Notes: generated by a model not told the origin, from the sequence alone. 64,000 nucleotides of DNA from Mobula hypostoma (GCF_963921235.1 NC_086097.1:90274001-90338000); one strand, 5' to 3'. Positions 11,919 to 25,200 are shown, counted from the stretch's first letter. Numbers and translations: made by a program.

Positions 11919-13260
11919 GTTTGTCCACTGTCATAAGAATTACAATTTTTTTTTACAGTTCTTATTATGACTAATGAGAGGTGAAATAACGTGTAGCTAC
12001 ATTTGTTAACTTATATTAGCTTGTTATCATTCAGCATTCTCCAAACCTGATCTTATAAAATTTAGACTGCCTGAAGGTATTAAATCTCTGGATTATTGCG
12101 TACCATTTTATCAAGTTAAGTTTAGTTTTACCTATATTTAAAACTAATCGCAGCCACTCTATCCCAGCAACCTCTTGCAAAATGACTGTTGTGCATAGTT
12201 TGCCTTGTTAGGCAACAACAGCTTTTAATGTCTCTATTTAAACAAGATGTCATTAATATGAAGGCAATTGCATTGAAAAATGTGGCAGAACACAGACGAC
12301 AAAAATTACGTTCCCTTTTAAACGTGGTGTAGAAAAACACATCGTGCATGAAAGTCTAATCTGTACTATATTTTATTCTCTTGATCAGAGAAAGCCCCCT
12401 TGAATCCATTTTGACCAACAATACCTACTTTTGTTTTGGACACCTTGTCCATTTATCAGTATACCTACAATATGGGATATTTAATGTATCAGGAGTGAAT
12501 GATCCATTCTCATTGGAAAGTATTCCTGATGCTGTTTTCTATTAATTCAAGCAAGTAATCTAGTTCTTATCAGAATCAGGTTTATTATTACTGGCATGTG
12601 TCGTGAAATTTGTTAACCATGAGTATTTCTTCACTTGGCTGTGTCCATAACACAAGAATTGCATGCATTTTTTCTAAGATATTTCATTCTCTGTGATACT
12701 TGAATTTATGTATACTCCATTAGCACCTTAAAACAGTTTTAGGTTTCAAATATAAATTTGTAGTAATGAAATTACTTTATGCTATGATATCAGAGGTGAG
12801 GTAGATCGAATTTTTCAGGGAATCGCTTCTGAACATTGTAGGACTGGGTTTGATTACTCAGTTCATGATTTGATATTATGAAGAACATTAAAATGGTGTT
12901 TATTTTAATACTTGCTCCATTATGAACCAGGAACCTTTTGTGTTGCTGAGCAATATTCCTAAAATGCCAAAGTGGTGTGCTGGAAGGCTGGAGGAGGCAT
13001 CATTAATGATAATGTATGCTATGTCAACCTGTGCAGTCCACCAGTGTGCTTGTTGTGGGAAGGCTGGTCAAATGAATTTTAGATTTAAGAACTTGGCACC
13101 ATAGTACCTGAGCACATAATTAATTGAAATCATTATATGATCCAGATACTTTGTTTGGGATTAGGTTGACTTCCATAACGCAGCATGACTTTCTGTCTAA
13201 AAAGTAATTGGTTAAATGCCGTATTTAAATTAAGTACATTCACTTTGTTTTTCTTCAAAG

Positions 13261-13496
13261 AACAAATCGGATCTTCAAATCCAGGTACCAAGAAATATGT
13301 CTATATTGGCTGAACAACCCCAGTCCTCCTCCACAGATAAAAATGTTTTATCTGAAATTTCCTACTCTGCAAGTCTTCATCCTAACTTTCAGAACCAAGC
13401 CGCTGATAACACAGCGAATTCGGGGCCTGTTGCCTGGGAATGTAATGCACAGCCCAGCGTATTGGAAAGAAGAACTGAGGATTCTTGCAAAGATGG
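13261..13496 (+). CDS. BUB1B: BUB1B exon (~11), low-complexity linker
   Basis: Long pyrimidine tract + aag; open frame NKSDLQIQ...EDSCKDG; donor gtcagt; phase 0 to 2. Confidence 0.75.
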
Positions 13497-14853
13497 GTCA
13501 GTATTTACTCTTTGGTGCTCTTTTCATCCTGAAGTCAGCAGTTGTAATTATTTTTACTTTGTTTTCATCTACATAATCTTGTATTCTCCCACAGCTCTGC
13601 ATTAAGGAGTTTGAGTTGGAACTGGATGAACTCTGGATCATCCGAAGAGGCTGAAGGGCTGACAGATAGGACATGTAGGGAGGTAGTTGCGTTCAAAGTG
13701 CAGGACACAGGAGAATAGGTGACAGTCAGGAATGGGAAAGGGATTAAGGAGCCTGTGCAGAGTACCTCTGTGGCCATTCTCCTCAACAGCAGGTATACCA
13801 GCTTGGATGCTGTCAGGTGGATGGCCTAACAGAGGAAAGTCACAGTGATCGGATATCTGGCACTAAGCCTGCCTCCGTGATTCAGCAGTGAAAGCTGGGG
13901 GGGTGGCAGGTGGGGGAAGAAGAGGCATGCTTTGGTGATAGGGGATTGGTTAGATAGAGGAATGGACAGAGTGTTCTGTCGGCAAGAATAAGATTCCCGG
14001 ATGGTATGTTACCTTGCAGGTGCTAGGGTCCGGGATATCTTGACTCCTCAGTTGGCTAAGTGGGGGGCGGGGGGGGGGGGAATGAACAGAAGTGGGAGCT
14101 AGAAGTCATGGTGTATGTAGGTACCAATGACATGGATAAGATGAGTGACGAGGTTCAGCATAGGTGTTAAGTCCTAAGTTAAAGGGTAGGACCTCCAGGG
14201 TTGTGATCTCAGGATTGCTACTTGTGCCATGTGCTAGTGAGGCCAGAACTAGAAAGATTACAGTTTAATACGTGGCTAAGGAGTTGGTTTGGGAAGGAGG
14301 GCGTAAGATTTTGGATAACTGGGCTCTCTTCCTGGGAAGGTGGGACCAGTACAGAAGGGACGCTTTGCATCTGAACTGGAGGGGAACTATTATCCTAGCA
14401 GGAAGGTTTATTAATGTTGCACAGTGGGGTTTAAACAAGAGTTGCAGGGGGATGGGAACCAGACTGCCAGAACAGATAGTAGAGAGGTTGTGGAGGCAGA
14501 TGTTGGTAAAACCTCAGACAAAGTTGGCAATCAGAAGATTGAGCATGGTGTGACTAGTGTTCTGAGCTGCATATATTTCAATGCAAGTATAGGAAAGGAG
14601 AATAATGGTGCGGAAGTTGAGGTAGATGGTTTACAACCAAAGACAATGTGCAATGAGGAGAGGCTGTTGATGGGGCAAAATTGCAGTCAGTAGGATGAGT
14701 TGCAACATAAAAGGCGGACAAAATCAAAAAGGTTGAATACAGGACTGAAGATGTTATAGAAACATAGAAACATAGAAAATAGGTGCAGGAGTAGGCCATT
14801 CGGCCCTTCGAGCCTGCACCGCCATTTATTATGATCATGGCTGATCATCCAAC

Positions 14854-17853
14854 TCAGAACCCAGCCTTCCCTCCATACCCCCTGACCCCTGTAGCCACAA
14901 GGGCCATATCTAACTTCCTTTTAAACATAGCTAATGAACTGGCCTCAACAGTTTGCTGTGGCAGAGAATTCCACAGATTCACCACTCTCTGTGTGAAGAA
15001 GTTTTTCCTAACCTCGGTCCTAAAAGGCTTCCCCTCTATCCTCAAACTGTGACCCCTCATTCTAGACCTCCCCAACATCGGGAACAATCTTCCCGCATCT
15101 AGCCTGTCCAATCCCTTTAGGATCTTATACGTTTCAATCAGATCCCCCCTCAATCTTCTAAATTCCAACGAGTACAAGCCCAGTTCATCCAGTCTTTCTT
15201 CATATGAAAGACCTGCCATCCCAGGAATCAATCTGGTGAACCTTCTTTGTACTCCCTCTATGGCAAAGATGTCTTTCCTCAGATTAGGGGACCAAAACTG
15301 CACACAATACTCCAGGTGTGGTCTCACCAAGGCCTTGTACAACTGCAGTAGTACCTCCCTGCTCCTGTACGCGAATCCTCTCGCTATAAATGCCAGCATA
15401 CCGTTCGCCTTTTTCACCGCCTGCTGTACCTGCATGCCCATTTTCAATGACTGGTGTATAATGACACCCAGGTCTCGTTGCACCTCCCCTTTTCCTAATC
15501 GGCCACCATTCAGATAATAATCTGTTTTCCTATTTTTGCCACCAAAGTGGATAACTTCACATTTATCCACATTAAATTGCATCTGCCATGAGTTTGCCCA
15601 CTCACCCAACCTATCCAAGTCACCCTGCATCCTCTTAGCATCCTCCTCACTGCTAACACTGCCACCCAGCTTCGTGTCATCCGCAAACTTGGAGATGCTG
15701 CATTTAATTCCCTCATCCAAGTCATTAATATATATTGTAAACAACTGGGGTCCCAGCACTGAGCCTTGCGGTACCCCACTAGTCACCGCCTGCCATTCTG
15801 AAAAGGTCCCGTTTATTCCCACTCTTTGCTTCCTGTCTGCTAACCAATTCTCCACCCACACCAATACCTTACCCCCAATACCGTGTGCTTTAAGTTTGCA
15901 CACTAATCTCCTGTGTGGGACCTTGTCAAAAGCCTTTTGAAAATCCAAATATACCACATCCACTGGTTCTCCCCTATCCACTCTACTAGTTACATCCTCA
16001 AAAAATTCTATGAGATTCGTCAGACATGATTTTCCTTTCACAAATCCATGCTGACTTTGTCCGATCATTTCACCGCTTTCCAAATGTGCTGTTATCACAT
16101 ACTTGATAACTGACTCCAGCAGTTTCCCCACCACCGACGTTAGGCTAACCGGCCTATAATTCCCCGGTTTCTCTCTCCCTCCTTTTTTAAAAAGTGGGGT
16201 TACATTTGCCACCCTCCAATCCTCAGGAACTAGTCCAGAATCTAACGAGTTTTGAAAAATTATCACTAATGCATCCACTATTTCTTGGGCCACTTCCTTA
16301 AGCACTCTGGGATGCAGACCATCTGGCCCTGGGGATTTATCTGCCTTCAATCCCTTCAATTTACCTAACACCACTTCCCTACTAACATGTATTTCGCTCA
16401 GTTCCTCCATCTCACTGGACCCTCTGTCCCTTACTATTTCTGGAAGATTATTTATGTCCTCCTTAGTGAAGACAGAACCAAAGTAATTATTCAATTGGTC
16501 TGCCATGTCCTTGCTCCCCATAATCAATTCACCTGTTTCTGTTTGCAGGGGACCTACATTTGTCTTTATCAGTCTTTTCCTTTTTACATATCTATAAAAG
16601 CTTTTACAGTCCGTTTTTATGTTCTCTGCCAGTTTTCTCTCATAATCTTTTTTCCCCTTCCTAATTAAGCCCTTTGTCCTCCTCTGCTGAACTCTGAATT
16701 TCTCCCAGTCCTCAGGTGAGCCACTTTCTCTGGCTAATTTGTATGCTACTTCTTTGGAATTGATACTATCCCTAATTTCTCTTGTCAGCCACGGGTGCAC
16801 TACCTTCCTTGATTTATTCTTTTGCCAAACTGGGATGAACAATTGTTGTAGTTCATCCATGCAACCTTTAAATGCCTGCCATTGCATATCCACCGTCAAT
16901 CCTTGAAGTGTCATTTGCCAGTCTATCTTAGCTAATTCACGTCTCATACCTTCAAAGTTACCCCTCTTTAAGTTCAGAACCTTTGTTTCTGAATTAACTA
17001 CGTCACTCTCCATGTTAATGAAGAATTCCACCATATTATGGTCACTCTTACCCAAGGGGCCTCTCACGACAAGATCGCTAATTAACCCTTCCTCATTGCT
17101 CAAAACCCAGTCCAGAATAGCCTGCTCTCTAGTCGGTTCCTCGACATGTTGGTTCAAAAAACCATCCCGCATACATTCCAAGAAATCCTCTTCCTCAGCA
17201 CCTTTACCAATTTGGTTCACCCAGTCTACATGTAGATTGAAGTCACCCATTATAACTGCTGTTCCTTTATTGCACACATTTCTAATTTCCTGTTTAATAC
17301 CATCTCCGACCTCACTACTACTGTTAGGTGGCCTGTACACAACTCCCACCAGCGTCTTCTGCCCCTTAGTGTTACGCAGCTCTACCCATATCGATTCCAC
17401 ATCTTCCCGGCTTATGTCCTTCCTTTCTATTGCGTTAATCTCTTTTTTAACCAGCAACGCCACCCCACCTCCCCTTCCTTCATGTCTATCCCTCCTGAAT
17501 ATTGAATATCCCTGAACGTTGAGCTCCCATCCCTGGTCACCCTGGAGCCATGTCTCTGTGATCCCAACTATATCATAATCATTAATAACAATCTGCACTT
17601 TCAATTCATCCACCTTATTACGAATGCTCCTTGCATTGACACATAAAGCCTTCAGGCGCTCATTTACAACTCTCTTAGCCCTTTTTAATGCTTGCCCTGG
17701 ATTTGTCGGCCTGCCACTTTTACTTTTCCCCTTTGTACTTTTTGCTTCTACGCTCACTTTACACCCCTCTGTCTCTCTGCACTGGTTCCCATCCCTCTGT
17801 TGTGAACTAACCTCCTCACACCTAGCCGCTTTAATTTGATTCCCACCCCCCAA
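14854..17853 (-). CDS. CR1 ORF2, APE endonuclease + reverse transcriptase (uninterrupted)
   Basis: 999-aa open frame: NARS, ITETW, GDFN, SDHN, DFQKAFD, GVPQGSVLGP, FADD. Confidence 0.95.
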   Translation of the reverse strand: MGGGNQIKAARCEEVSSQQRDGNQCRETEGCKVSVEAKSTKGKSKSGRPTNPGQALKRAKRVVNERLKALCVNARSIRNKVDELKVQIVINDYDIVGITETWLQGDQGWELNVQGYSIFRRDRHEGRGGGVALLVKKEINAIERKDISREDVESIWVELRNTKGQKTLVGVVYRPPNSSSEVGDGIKQEIRNVCNKGTAVIMGDFNLHVDWVNQIGKGAEEEDFLECMRDGFLNQHVEEPTREQAILDWVLSNEEGLISDLVVRGPLGKSDHNMVEFFINMESDVVNSETKVLNLKRGNFEGMRRELAKIDWQMTLQGLTVDMQWQAFKGCMDELQQLFIPVWQKNKSRKVVHPWLTREIRDSINSKEVAYKLARESGSPEDWEKFRVQQRRTKGLIRKGKKDYERKLAENIKTDCKSFYRYVKRKRLIKTNVGPLQTETGELIMGSKDMADQLNNYFGSVFTKEDINNLPEIVRDRGSSEMEELSEIHVSREVVLGKLKGLKADKSPGPDGLHPRVLKEVAQEIVDALVIIFQNSLDSGLVPEDWRVANVTPLFKKGGREKPGNYRPVSLTSVVGKLLESVIKYVITAHLESGEMIGQSQHGFVKGKSCLTNLIEFFEDVTSRVDRGEPVDVVYLDFQKAFDKVPHRRLVCKLKAHGIGGKVLVWVENWLADRKQRVGINGTFSEWQAVTSGVPQGSVLGPQLFTIYINDLDEGIKCSISKFADDTKLGGSVSSEEDAKRMQGDLDRLGEWANSWQMQFNVDKCEVIHFGGKNRKTDYYLNGGRLGKGEVQRDLGVIIHQSLKMGMQVQQAVKKANGMLAFIARGFAYRSREVLLQLYKALVRPHLEYCVQFWSPNLRKDIFAIEGVQRRFTRLIPGMAGLSYEERLDELGLYSLEFRRLRGDLIETYKILKGLDRLDAGRLFPMLGRSRMRGHSLRIEGKPFRTEVRKNFFTQRVVNLWNSLPQQTVEASSLAMFKRKLDMALVATGVRGYGGKAGF

Positions 17854-17858
17854 CCATT

Positions 17859-18819
17859 CTAGTTTAAAGTCACCTCAGTAGCCCCCGCTAATCTCCCTGC
17901 CAGGATATTGGTCCCCCTAGGATTTAAGTGTAACCCGTCCTTTTTGTACAGGTCACACCTGCGCCAAAAGAGGTCCCAATGATCCAAAAACTTGAATCCC
18001 TGCCCCCTGCTCCAATCCCTCAGCCACGCATTTATCCTCCACCTCATCGCATTCCTACTCTCACTGTCGCGTGGCACAGGCAGTAATCCCGAGATTACTA
18101 CCTTTGCGGTCCTTTTTCTCAACTCCCTTCCTAGCTCCCTATATTCTTCTTTCAGGACCTCATCCCTTTTCCTACCTATGTCATTGGTACCTATATGTAC
18201 CAGGACCTCTGGCTCTTCACCCTCCCACTTCAGGATATCTTGGACACGATCAGAAATATCCCGGACCCTGGCACCAGGGAGGCAAACTACCATCCGAGTC
18301 TCTGGACTGCGTCCACAGAATCGCCTATCTGACCCCCTTACTATCGAGTCCCCTATCACAACTGCCCTCCTCTTCCTTGCCCTACCCTTCTGAGCTACAG
18401 GGCCAGACTCTGTGCCGGAGGCAGGGCCACTGTCGCTTCCCCCGGGTAAGCTGTCCCCCCCCAACAGTACTCAAACAGGAGTACCTGTTGTTAAGGGGCA
18501 CAGCCGCCGGGGTACTCCCCATCACCTGCCTTTTCCCCTTCCCCCTCCTAACCGTGACCCACTTGTCTGCCTCCCGTGGCCCCGGCGTGACCACCTGCCT
18601 TCCACTCCTCTCTATCACCTCCTCGCTCTCCCTGACCAGACGAAGGTCATCGAGCTGCAGCTCCAGTTCCGTAACGCGGTCCCTTAGGAGCTGCATCTCG
18701 ATGCACTTGGCGCAGATGTAGACGTCCCGGAGGCTTGGAGACTCCAGGGCCTCCCACATCCGACACCGAGAACAGCAAACTGCCCTCACAGTCATAATGC
18801 CCCTCTCCTCAAATAGCAA
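17859..18819 (-). pseudogene. CR1 ORF1, zinc finger/leucine zipper + SGNH esterase, one frameshift
   Basis: CSRC...CAKC and heptad leucines, then GDS, GTND, DGLH; frames switch at the G8 run (18455-18462). Confidence 0.9.
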
Positions 18820-21800
18820 CAGAAAATGAATGTCAAACCTTCCTCGCCTCGCCCGCTTCCGCCTAAGCCCGGTGAGCCGAAGCCCTTAAGTCTTCACTCT
18901 GCTCCCGGCTCACTCCGCTGCCCGCTCTCTGAGGCTCTGTTCCTTTTAAATCTGCCGCGCTGCACTGCCCAACGTCACACGCCTGCGCAGTCCCGCCTCT
19001 CAGAAAGCCGTTGGAGAAAAAAAATAACGAAAATTTCAAAAATCTCTTTCTCGGCACTCCCACTCAGACTCTCAGACTCCTTCTTCGAATCAAATCCGAA
19101 GCAGGATGTCTGCCCTTTTAAATCTGCCGCGCTGCACTGCCCGACGTCACACGCCATATTTGAATGTGTGCTGTATATGGAATAAGGTAGATGAACTTGC
19201 AGCACTGTTGTAGGCATCACTGAATCATGGCTGAAAGAAGATTGATGTCCAAGGATACACATTGTATCAGAAGGACAGGTAGGAAGGCAGAGGAGGTGGT
19301 GTTGCTCTGGTGGTTTAAAAAAAAAAAAATGAAATTTAATCATTAGAAAGGTGACATAGGTTTGGGAGGTGTTGAATCATTGTGGATAGAGCTAATGAAC
19401 TACAAGGGTAAAAAGACCCCGAGGATTTGTATACAGACCCCGAAACAATAAGGATGTGTTATACAAATTACAATCGGAGATAGCAAATGCATGCCAAAAA
19501 AGGGCAATGTTACAATAGTCATGGGAGACTTCAGTATGCAGGTAGATTGGGAAAATCAAGTTGGTGCTGGATTCCAGGAAGGGTCTAGAGTGCCTATGAG
19601 ATGGCTTCTTAGAGCAGCTTGTGGTTGAGCCCATGAGAAGATCAGCTATTCTGGATTAGGTGTTGTGCAATGAACCATAATTAATTAGTCCTTGAGGTAA
19701 AGGAACCCCTAGGGTCCAGAGTTCATAATATGATTGAATTCACCCTGAAATTTGAGAAGATGAAGCTAAAGTCAGATGTATTAGTATTACAGTGGAGTGA
19801 AGGGAATTATAGAGGCATGAGAGAGGAGTTGGCTAGAATTGATTGGAAAAGAACACAGGCAGGGATGATGGCAGAGCAGGTGGAATTTCTGGAAGCAATT
19901 TAGAAGGCACAGGGTATATACATCCTAAGGGGAAGAGGTATTCTAAAGGAAAGTTGACGTAAGTGTGGCTAACATGGCCGCGCCGCTGTGTTTGGCTGCT
20001 TGTCGTCGCCTGTTGCTGTTCTTGTTTGTCCTGGCTCTGTTCGTGTCTCTGTGTATATATGATGTGCAAGCCACTATTGTCTTCGATTGTCAAACACTAC
20101 TGAATATTCAAGCCTCTGTCCTGGACTTATTCACTCGGGATTTTGGACAAAGAAGCTTTCACCACTCTCTATTTTCCCAACTACCTGAAGGTATATGGGT
20201 TCGTCCCTGCGGCTACTACCGTAGGAGGTGGAGTAAACGTGCAAGCACCTCAGTTAAGCTGAGGAATCTTGCCCGCTCTCGCTCAGCACCGGTCTACCTT
20301 TTGCAGCTCAACGATGTTGGACCCGGTCAGCCACGTCGCTCCATTCCTCGGCGCTCCCCTGAGACCAGATACGCCTTTCTCCGACCGATTGTCCCAGACA
20401 CAGATCTGGATGCCAGACTGCTGCCCTGCGGGCTCCCCGCCAGGCCATTTGTGAAGTGCAGTGGAGTAGTCTTTTAGAACCTCCGCCCTCTGGCGAGGGA
20501 GCCATTGTTGGATTATACTGCTATCCCAGTCAAAATGGCTCTGATCAACGCAAAATCCTTGTCCAATAAGACTTTTATTCTCAATGACTTTTTCACCGCC
20601 AAAGGATTGGATTTCTTACTGGTGACAGAAACCTGGTTAAGCACTGGTGAGCTTGCTCCACTTGTTGAACTCTGTCCAGATGATTGTAACTTTTTTAGCA
20701 CACCTAGACCCTCCGGACGTGGAGGGGGTCTAGCCGCTGTGTTTAAGAATTGCTACCTACTGAACTCTGATTATTTCCCCAGCTTCGAGGTGCAATTAAT
20801 TAAAGTGGGCCTGGTCAATCCCATCTTAATTGCTCTTGTGTATCATCCACCAAAAATACACAAAGATCTTATCACTCAATTTGCGGACTTCCCCTCAAAT
20901 ACTATGCCCAACTTAGATCGAGTTCTGATTCTTGGAGGCTTTAATATTCATGTTTGCTGTCCCACTAAGCTTCTCATAAGTGATTTTATGCATCTGCTTG
21001 AGTCTTTTAATCTTGCTTTGCTTATCACCGGACCCACTCACATGCTAGGCCACACACTTGGCCTGGTCTTATCGCCTGGTTTTCCGATCTGCAATGTGCA
21101 AATAATTGATGCGTGTCTCTCGGATTATAGTGCTGTTATGTTTGATGCTTCTCTGCCTTTTTCCCCTACTAAATTTCATCTTCCTGCATGTTGCTCTCGT
21201 TACGTTAACTCTTCGACTGCCAGTAAGTTCTGAGGCTCTCGTAGCTGCTCCTAATACCTGCACTATTGAGGCTTCTCCTCCCCATCTCAGCACTGAGGAA
21301 CTTATTTAATACCACCTGCTCTTCTATTCTGAATACTGTTGCTCCCCTTAAATTGAAAATGCCTAAGCCTAAAGGTCTGCCTTGGCTTAATGACACCACC
21401 GGAACCCTGAGGAGGGAGTGCAGAATATCCAAACGAAAGTGGAAGGAAGCGTGATAAGCTTCAAATTTCCTTCGAAATTTTGAGATGCAATCTTCACAAA
21501 TATCAGGATGTAGTTATGGTTGCGAGAACAAAATACTTTTCTGACCTAATTTCTCACAACTCTCATAATCCCAAGGTCTTATTTAGTACCATAAATTCTG
21601 TCATTTGTCCTGCCCCCGGTATTAGTTTAGATGTGTCCCCTGCTAAGTGCGAAGAATTTTTAAAATTCTTCATTAGCAAAGTTGAAGACATTAGAATGAA
21701 CATTCCCCCCACCCCACCCGTGACCTAACTGTCTCACTGGTCTGTTCATCTAAACTGGACTGTTTCCAACCCATCACGCTACCCTTCCTTACAAAGATTG

Positions 21801-21822
21801 TTTCCACCATGAAACCTGCAAC

Positions 21823-21903
21823 CTGCCCTCTTGACATTATCCCCACTGCCCTCTTGACATTATCCCCACTGCCCTCCTGACATTATCCCCACTGCCCTCC
21901 TGA
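21823..21903 (+). repeat. 23-bp tandem repeat, ~3.5 copies, inside L2 ORF
   Basis: ctgccctc(t/c)tgacattatcccca repeated. Confidence 0.9.
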
Positions 21904-22099
21904 AGGATGTCTTTGACATAGCCGGTCCCAGCATCCTCTCTATTATCAACAACTCTCTGGCCACTGGTACCGTTCCAACCTGCTTCAAGCGCATCGTGGT
22001 CCAGCCCCTCCTTACCTAGTAACTTAGACCCTTCTTACCTAGTAACTACAGACCTATCTCTAAACTTCCATTCCTGTCAAAGGTTCTCAAAAAGGTTAC

Positions 22100-22270
22100 T
22101 AGAAACATAGAAAACCTACAGCACAATACAGGCCCTTCGGCCCACAATGCTGTGCTGAACATGTACTTACTTTAGAAATTACCTAGGGTTACCCATAGCC
22201 CTCTATTTTTTTAAGCTCCATATACCTATCCAGGAGCCTCTTAAAACACCTTATTGTATCTGTCTCCACC
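22100..22270 (-). mobile_element. CR1-type 3' tail fragment nested in L2
   Basis: tagaaacatagaaa tail and ggcccttcggccc 3' stem in reverse orientation. Confidence 0.8.
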
Positions 22271-25200
22271 CAAAACAACATCTTGGAAAGATTTCAGTCA
22301 GGTTTTAAGGCTTATTATAGCACCGAGTCTGCCCTGCTGAAAGTGTACAATGATCTCCTCCTCTCTACTGACTCAGGTGACTCTGCCATCCTAATTTTTC
22401 TTGAACTCAGCGCATTCAATACTGTGGATCATGCCGTTTTAATAGACCGTCTCTAGTACGGGGTTGGTATTGATGGCACTGCCTTGAACTTGTTCACATC
22501 CTACCTCAAAAATAGAAGCTTCTCTGTCAATATAGGCAAATTTTCCTCTCCTCCAGCTAGTTTCTCCTGCACAGTCTGACAAGGTTCCATCCTAGGTGCC
22601 ATTCTTTTCTCTATATGCACGCTTCCCCTTGGCCAAATCATTCAAAAACACGACATTTCCTCCCACAGATGACACACAGCTTTATCTCCCCTTTAAACCA
22701 AACGACCAATGAAATCTAGTCAGCCTCATGAACTGCCTTGAGGACATAGTGTTGGATGGCACAAAACTTCCAACAGCTGAATGAAGGCAAGTCTGAAGTT
22801 GTCCTATTTGGCTCCCCTGACTCCATCAAAGTGATTACCAACAGTCTTGGTAACCTGTCCACCGTTGTCAAACCCCATGTCAAAAACCTTGGTGTGATAT
22901 TTGATTCTGCCTTTAAGTTTGACAAGCAAGTTAATGCAGTAGTAAAAGTCAGTTTTTTTCCAGCTTCGTACTATTGCCGAAGTCAAGTCATTTCTCTCTT
23001 TCAAAGTCATCCACGCCCTTGTATCCTCCCGCTCGGACTACTCCACCTCCTGTATATTGGGATTAGTCAGTCATCCCTGTCCCATCTGCAACTGGTCCAG
23101 AACACCGCAGCCAGTCTCCTGACAGGTGCCTGGAAGAGGGACCATATTGCTTCTATCCTGGCCTCTCTCCACTGGCTACCAGTACAGTTCAGGATTGATT
23201 TTTAAAGTTCTCCTGTTTGTTTATAAAGCCCTAAATGGGCTGGCCCCCTCCTATATCGCAGACCTTCTAACCCCTTATTCTGCTTCCAGGTCCCCCAGGT
23301 TGGCTGACTTGGGGCACCTGGCTGTCCTGCGACCTAAATTTAAGTTCGGGGGTGACGTGCCTTTGCTGTTGTACCCCATTGACTCTTTTATGTTCAGGCT
23401 CAAAACCTACCTTTATTCACTAGCATTTGAATCTTCCTGATGTGGCTGATTTTTGGCTTGTGCCTAGGCTCATGTGTTGTTTATTTTGTGCCTATAAGCT
23501 GTGTGCCTTGTTGTTTATATCTGTGTTTCTTGTATTTGCAATTTTAGCTACCTGTTATGGTTTGTACAGCACTTTGGTCAACATGGGTTGTTTTTAAATG
23601 TGCTTTATAAATAAATTTGATTTGACTTGACTTAACAAGAAGTCAAAGCCAACATAAAAACCAAAAAGAGGGCATACAATAGAGCAAAAAAACTAGTGGG
23701 AAGTTAAAGGATTGGGATGCATTTAAAAAGGAAACTAAAAAAGTCATTAAGAAGGTAAAGGTGGAATGTAAAAATAAGCTAGCCAATAATATTAAAGAGG
23801 ATACCAAAAGCTTCTCCAGATACATGAGTGTAAAAGAGTTAAGTGGATATCAGACCACTGGAAAACCATGTTGGAGAGGTAGTAATATGGGACGACAAAA
23901 CGGTGAACAAACTTCACTGTGGGAAACGCTAGCAGTATGGTGGAAGTTTCAGGGGTCATGAAGTGCTTGAAATTAGCATAACTAGAGAGAAGGTTCTTGG
24001 GGGAAACTGAAGTGTCTGAAGGTACATAAGTCACAGGGTTCTGAAAGAGGTGGCTGAAGAGATTGTGGAGGCATTAGTAATGATCTTTTAAAAAATCGCT
24101 AGATTGTGGAATGGTTCTGGAAAGGTGGAAAATTGCAAATGTCACCCACTCTTTAAGAAGGGAGAGGCAGAAGAAAGGAAACTATAGGCCAGTTAATCTG
24201 ACCTCGGAGGTTGGGAAGCTGTTGAAGTCAATTATTAATGATGAAATCTCAGAGTACTTGGAGACACATGATAAAATAGGCCGTAGTCAGCATTGTTTCC
24301 TCGAGGAAAATCTTGCCTGAGAAATCTGTTGGAATTCTTTGAAGAAACAATAAGCAAGATAGACAAAGGAGAATTGGTGGATTTTGTGTGCTTGGATTTT
24401 CAGAAGGCCTTTGACAATGACAAGTAGCTGCACATGAGGCTACTTAACAAGCTATGAGCCCATGGTATTACAGGAAAGATTCTAGCATGATAAAGCAGTG
24501 ACTGATTGGCAGGAGACAAGGAGTGGGAATAAAGGGAGCCTTTTCTGGCTGGCTGCTGGTGACTAGTGGTATTCCACAGGGTATTCCAAGGGACCAATTC
24601 TCTTTACATTATATGTCAATGATTTGAATGATGGAATTGATGGCTTTGTTGCAAAGTGTGCAGACAATATGAAGATTGGTGGAGGGGCAGGTAGCTTTGA
24701 GGAAGTAGAGAGGCTGCAGAAGGACTTAAACAGATTAGGAGAATGGACAAAAATGTCAGATGGAATACAGTATTGGGAAGTGAATGGTCATGCGCTTTGG
24801 TAGAAGAAATGAAAGGGTTGATTACTTTCATAACGGAGAGAAAATACGAGAAACTGAGGCAGAAAGGGACTTTTGGGATTCCTCATGCAGGATTCCCTAA
24901 AGGTTAATTTGCAGGTTGTTTCTGATGAAGAAGGTAAGTGTGATGTTAGCATTCATTTCAAAAGGACTAGAATATACTGTAAAAGCAAGAATGTAATGCT
25001 GAGATTTGTAAAGCACTGGTGAGGCCTCACTTGGAGTATGGTGAGCAGTTTTGGACTCCTTATCTTAGAAAAGATGTGCTGAAATTGGAGAGGGTTCAAA
25101 GGATGTTCACAAAAATATCTCCAAGATTGAATGGTTTGTCATATGAAGAATGTTTGGTGGGTCTGAGTCTGTATTCATTAGAATTCAGCAGAATGAGGGT

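Larger units (their letters stand above)
14756..19155 (-). mobile_element. Young full-length CR1 LINE
   Basis: CpG-rich 5' UTR, ORF1, intact ORF2, 3' (gtttctat)n tail. Confidence 0.97.
19975..23632 (+). mobile_element. Apparently full-length but decayed L2-clade LINE
   Basis: TSD taaca (19970-19974, 23633-23637); NAKSL/VTETW endonuclease, LQLVQN/LHWLPV C-terminus; AATAAA + (ttgac)n tail. Confidence 0.9.

Noticed and set aside
15236..19343. Plus-strand ORFs of 90-216 aa overlapping the CR1
   Set aside because: Antisense shadows of CR1 ORF1/ORF2 with no independent motifs.
21823..21903. CRISPR-like repeat array
   Set aside because: Head-to-tail tandem copies without spacers, inside a LINE in a eukaryotic intron.
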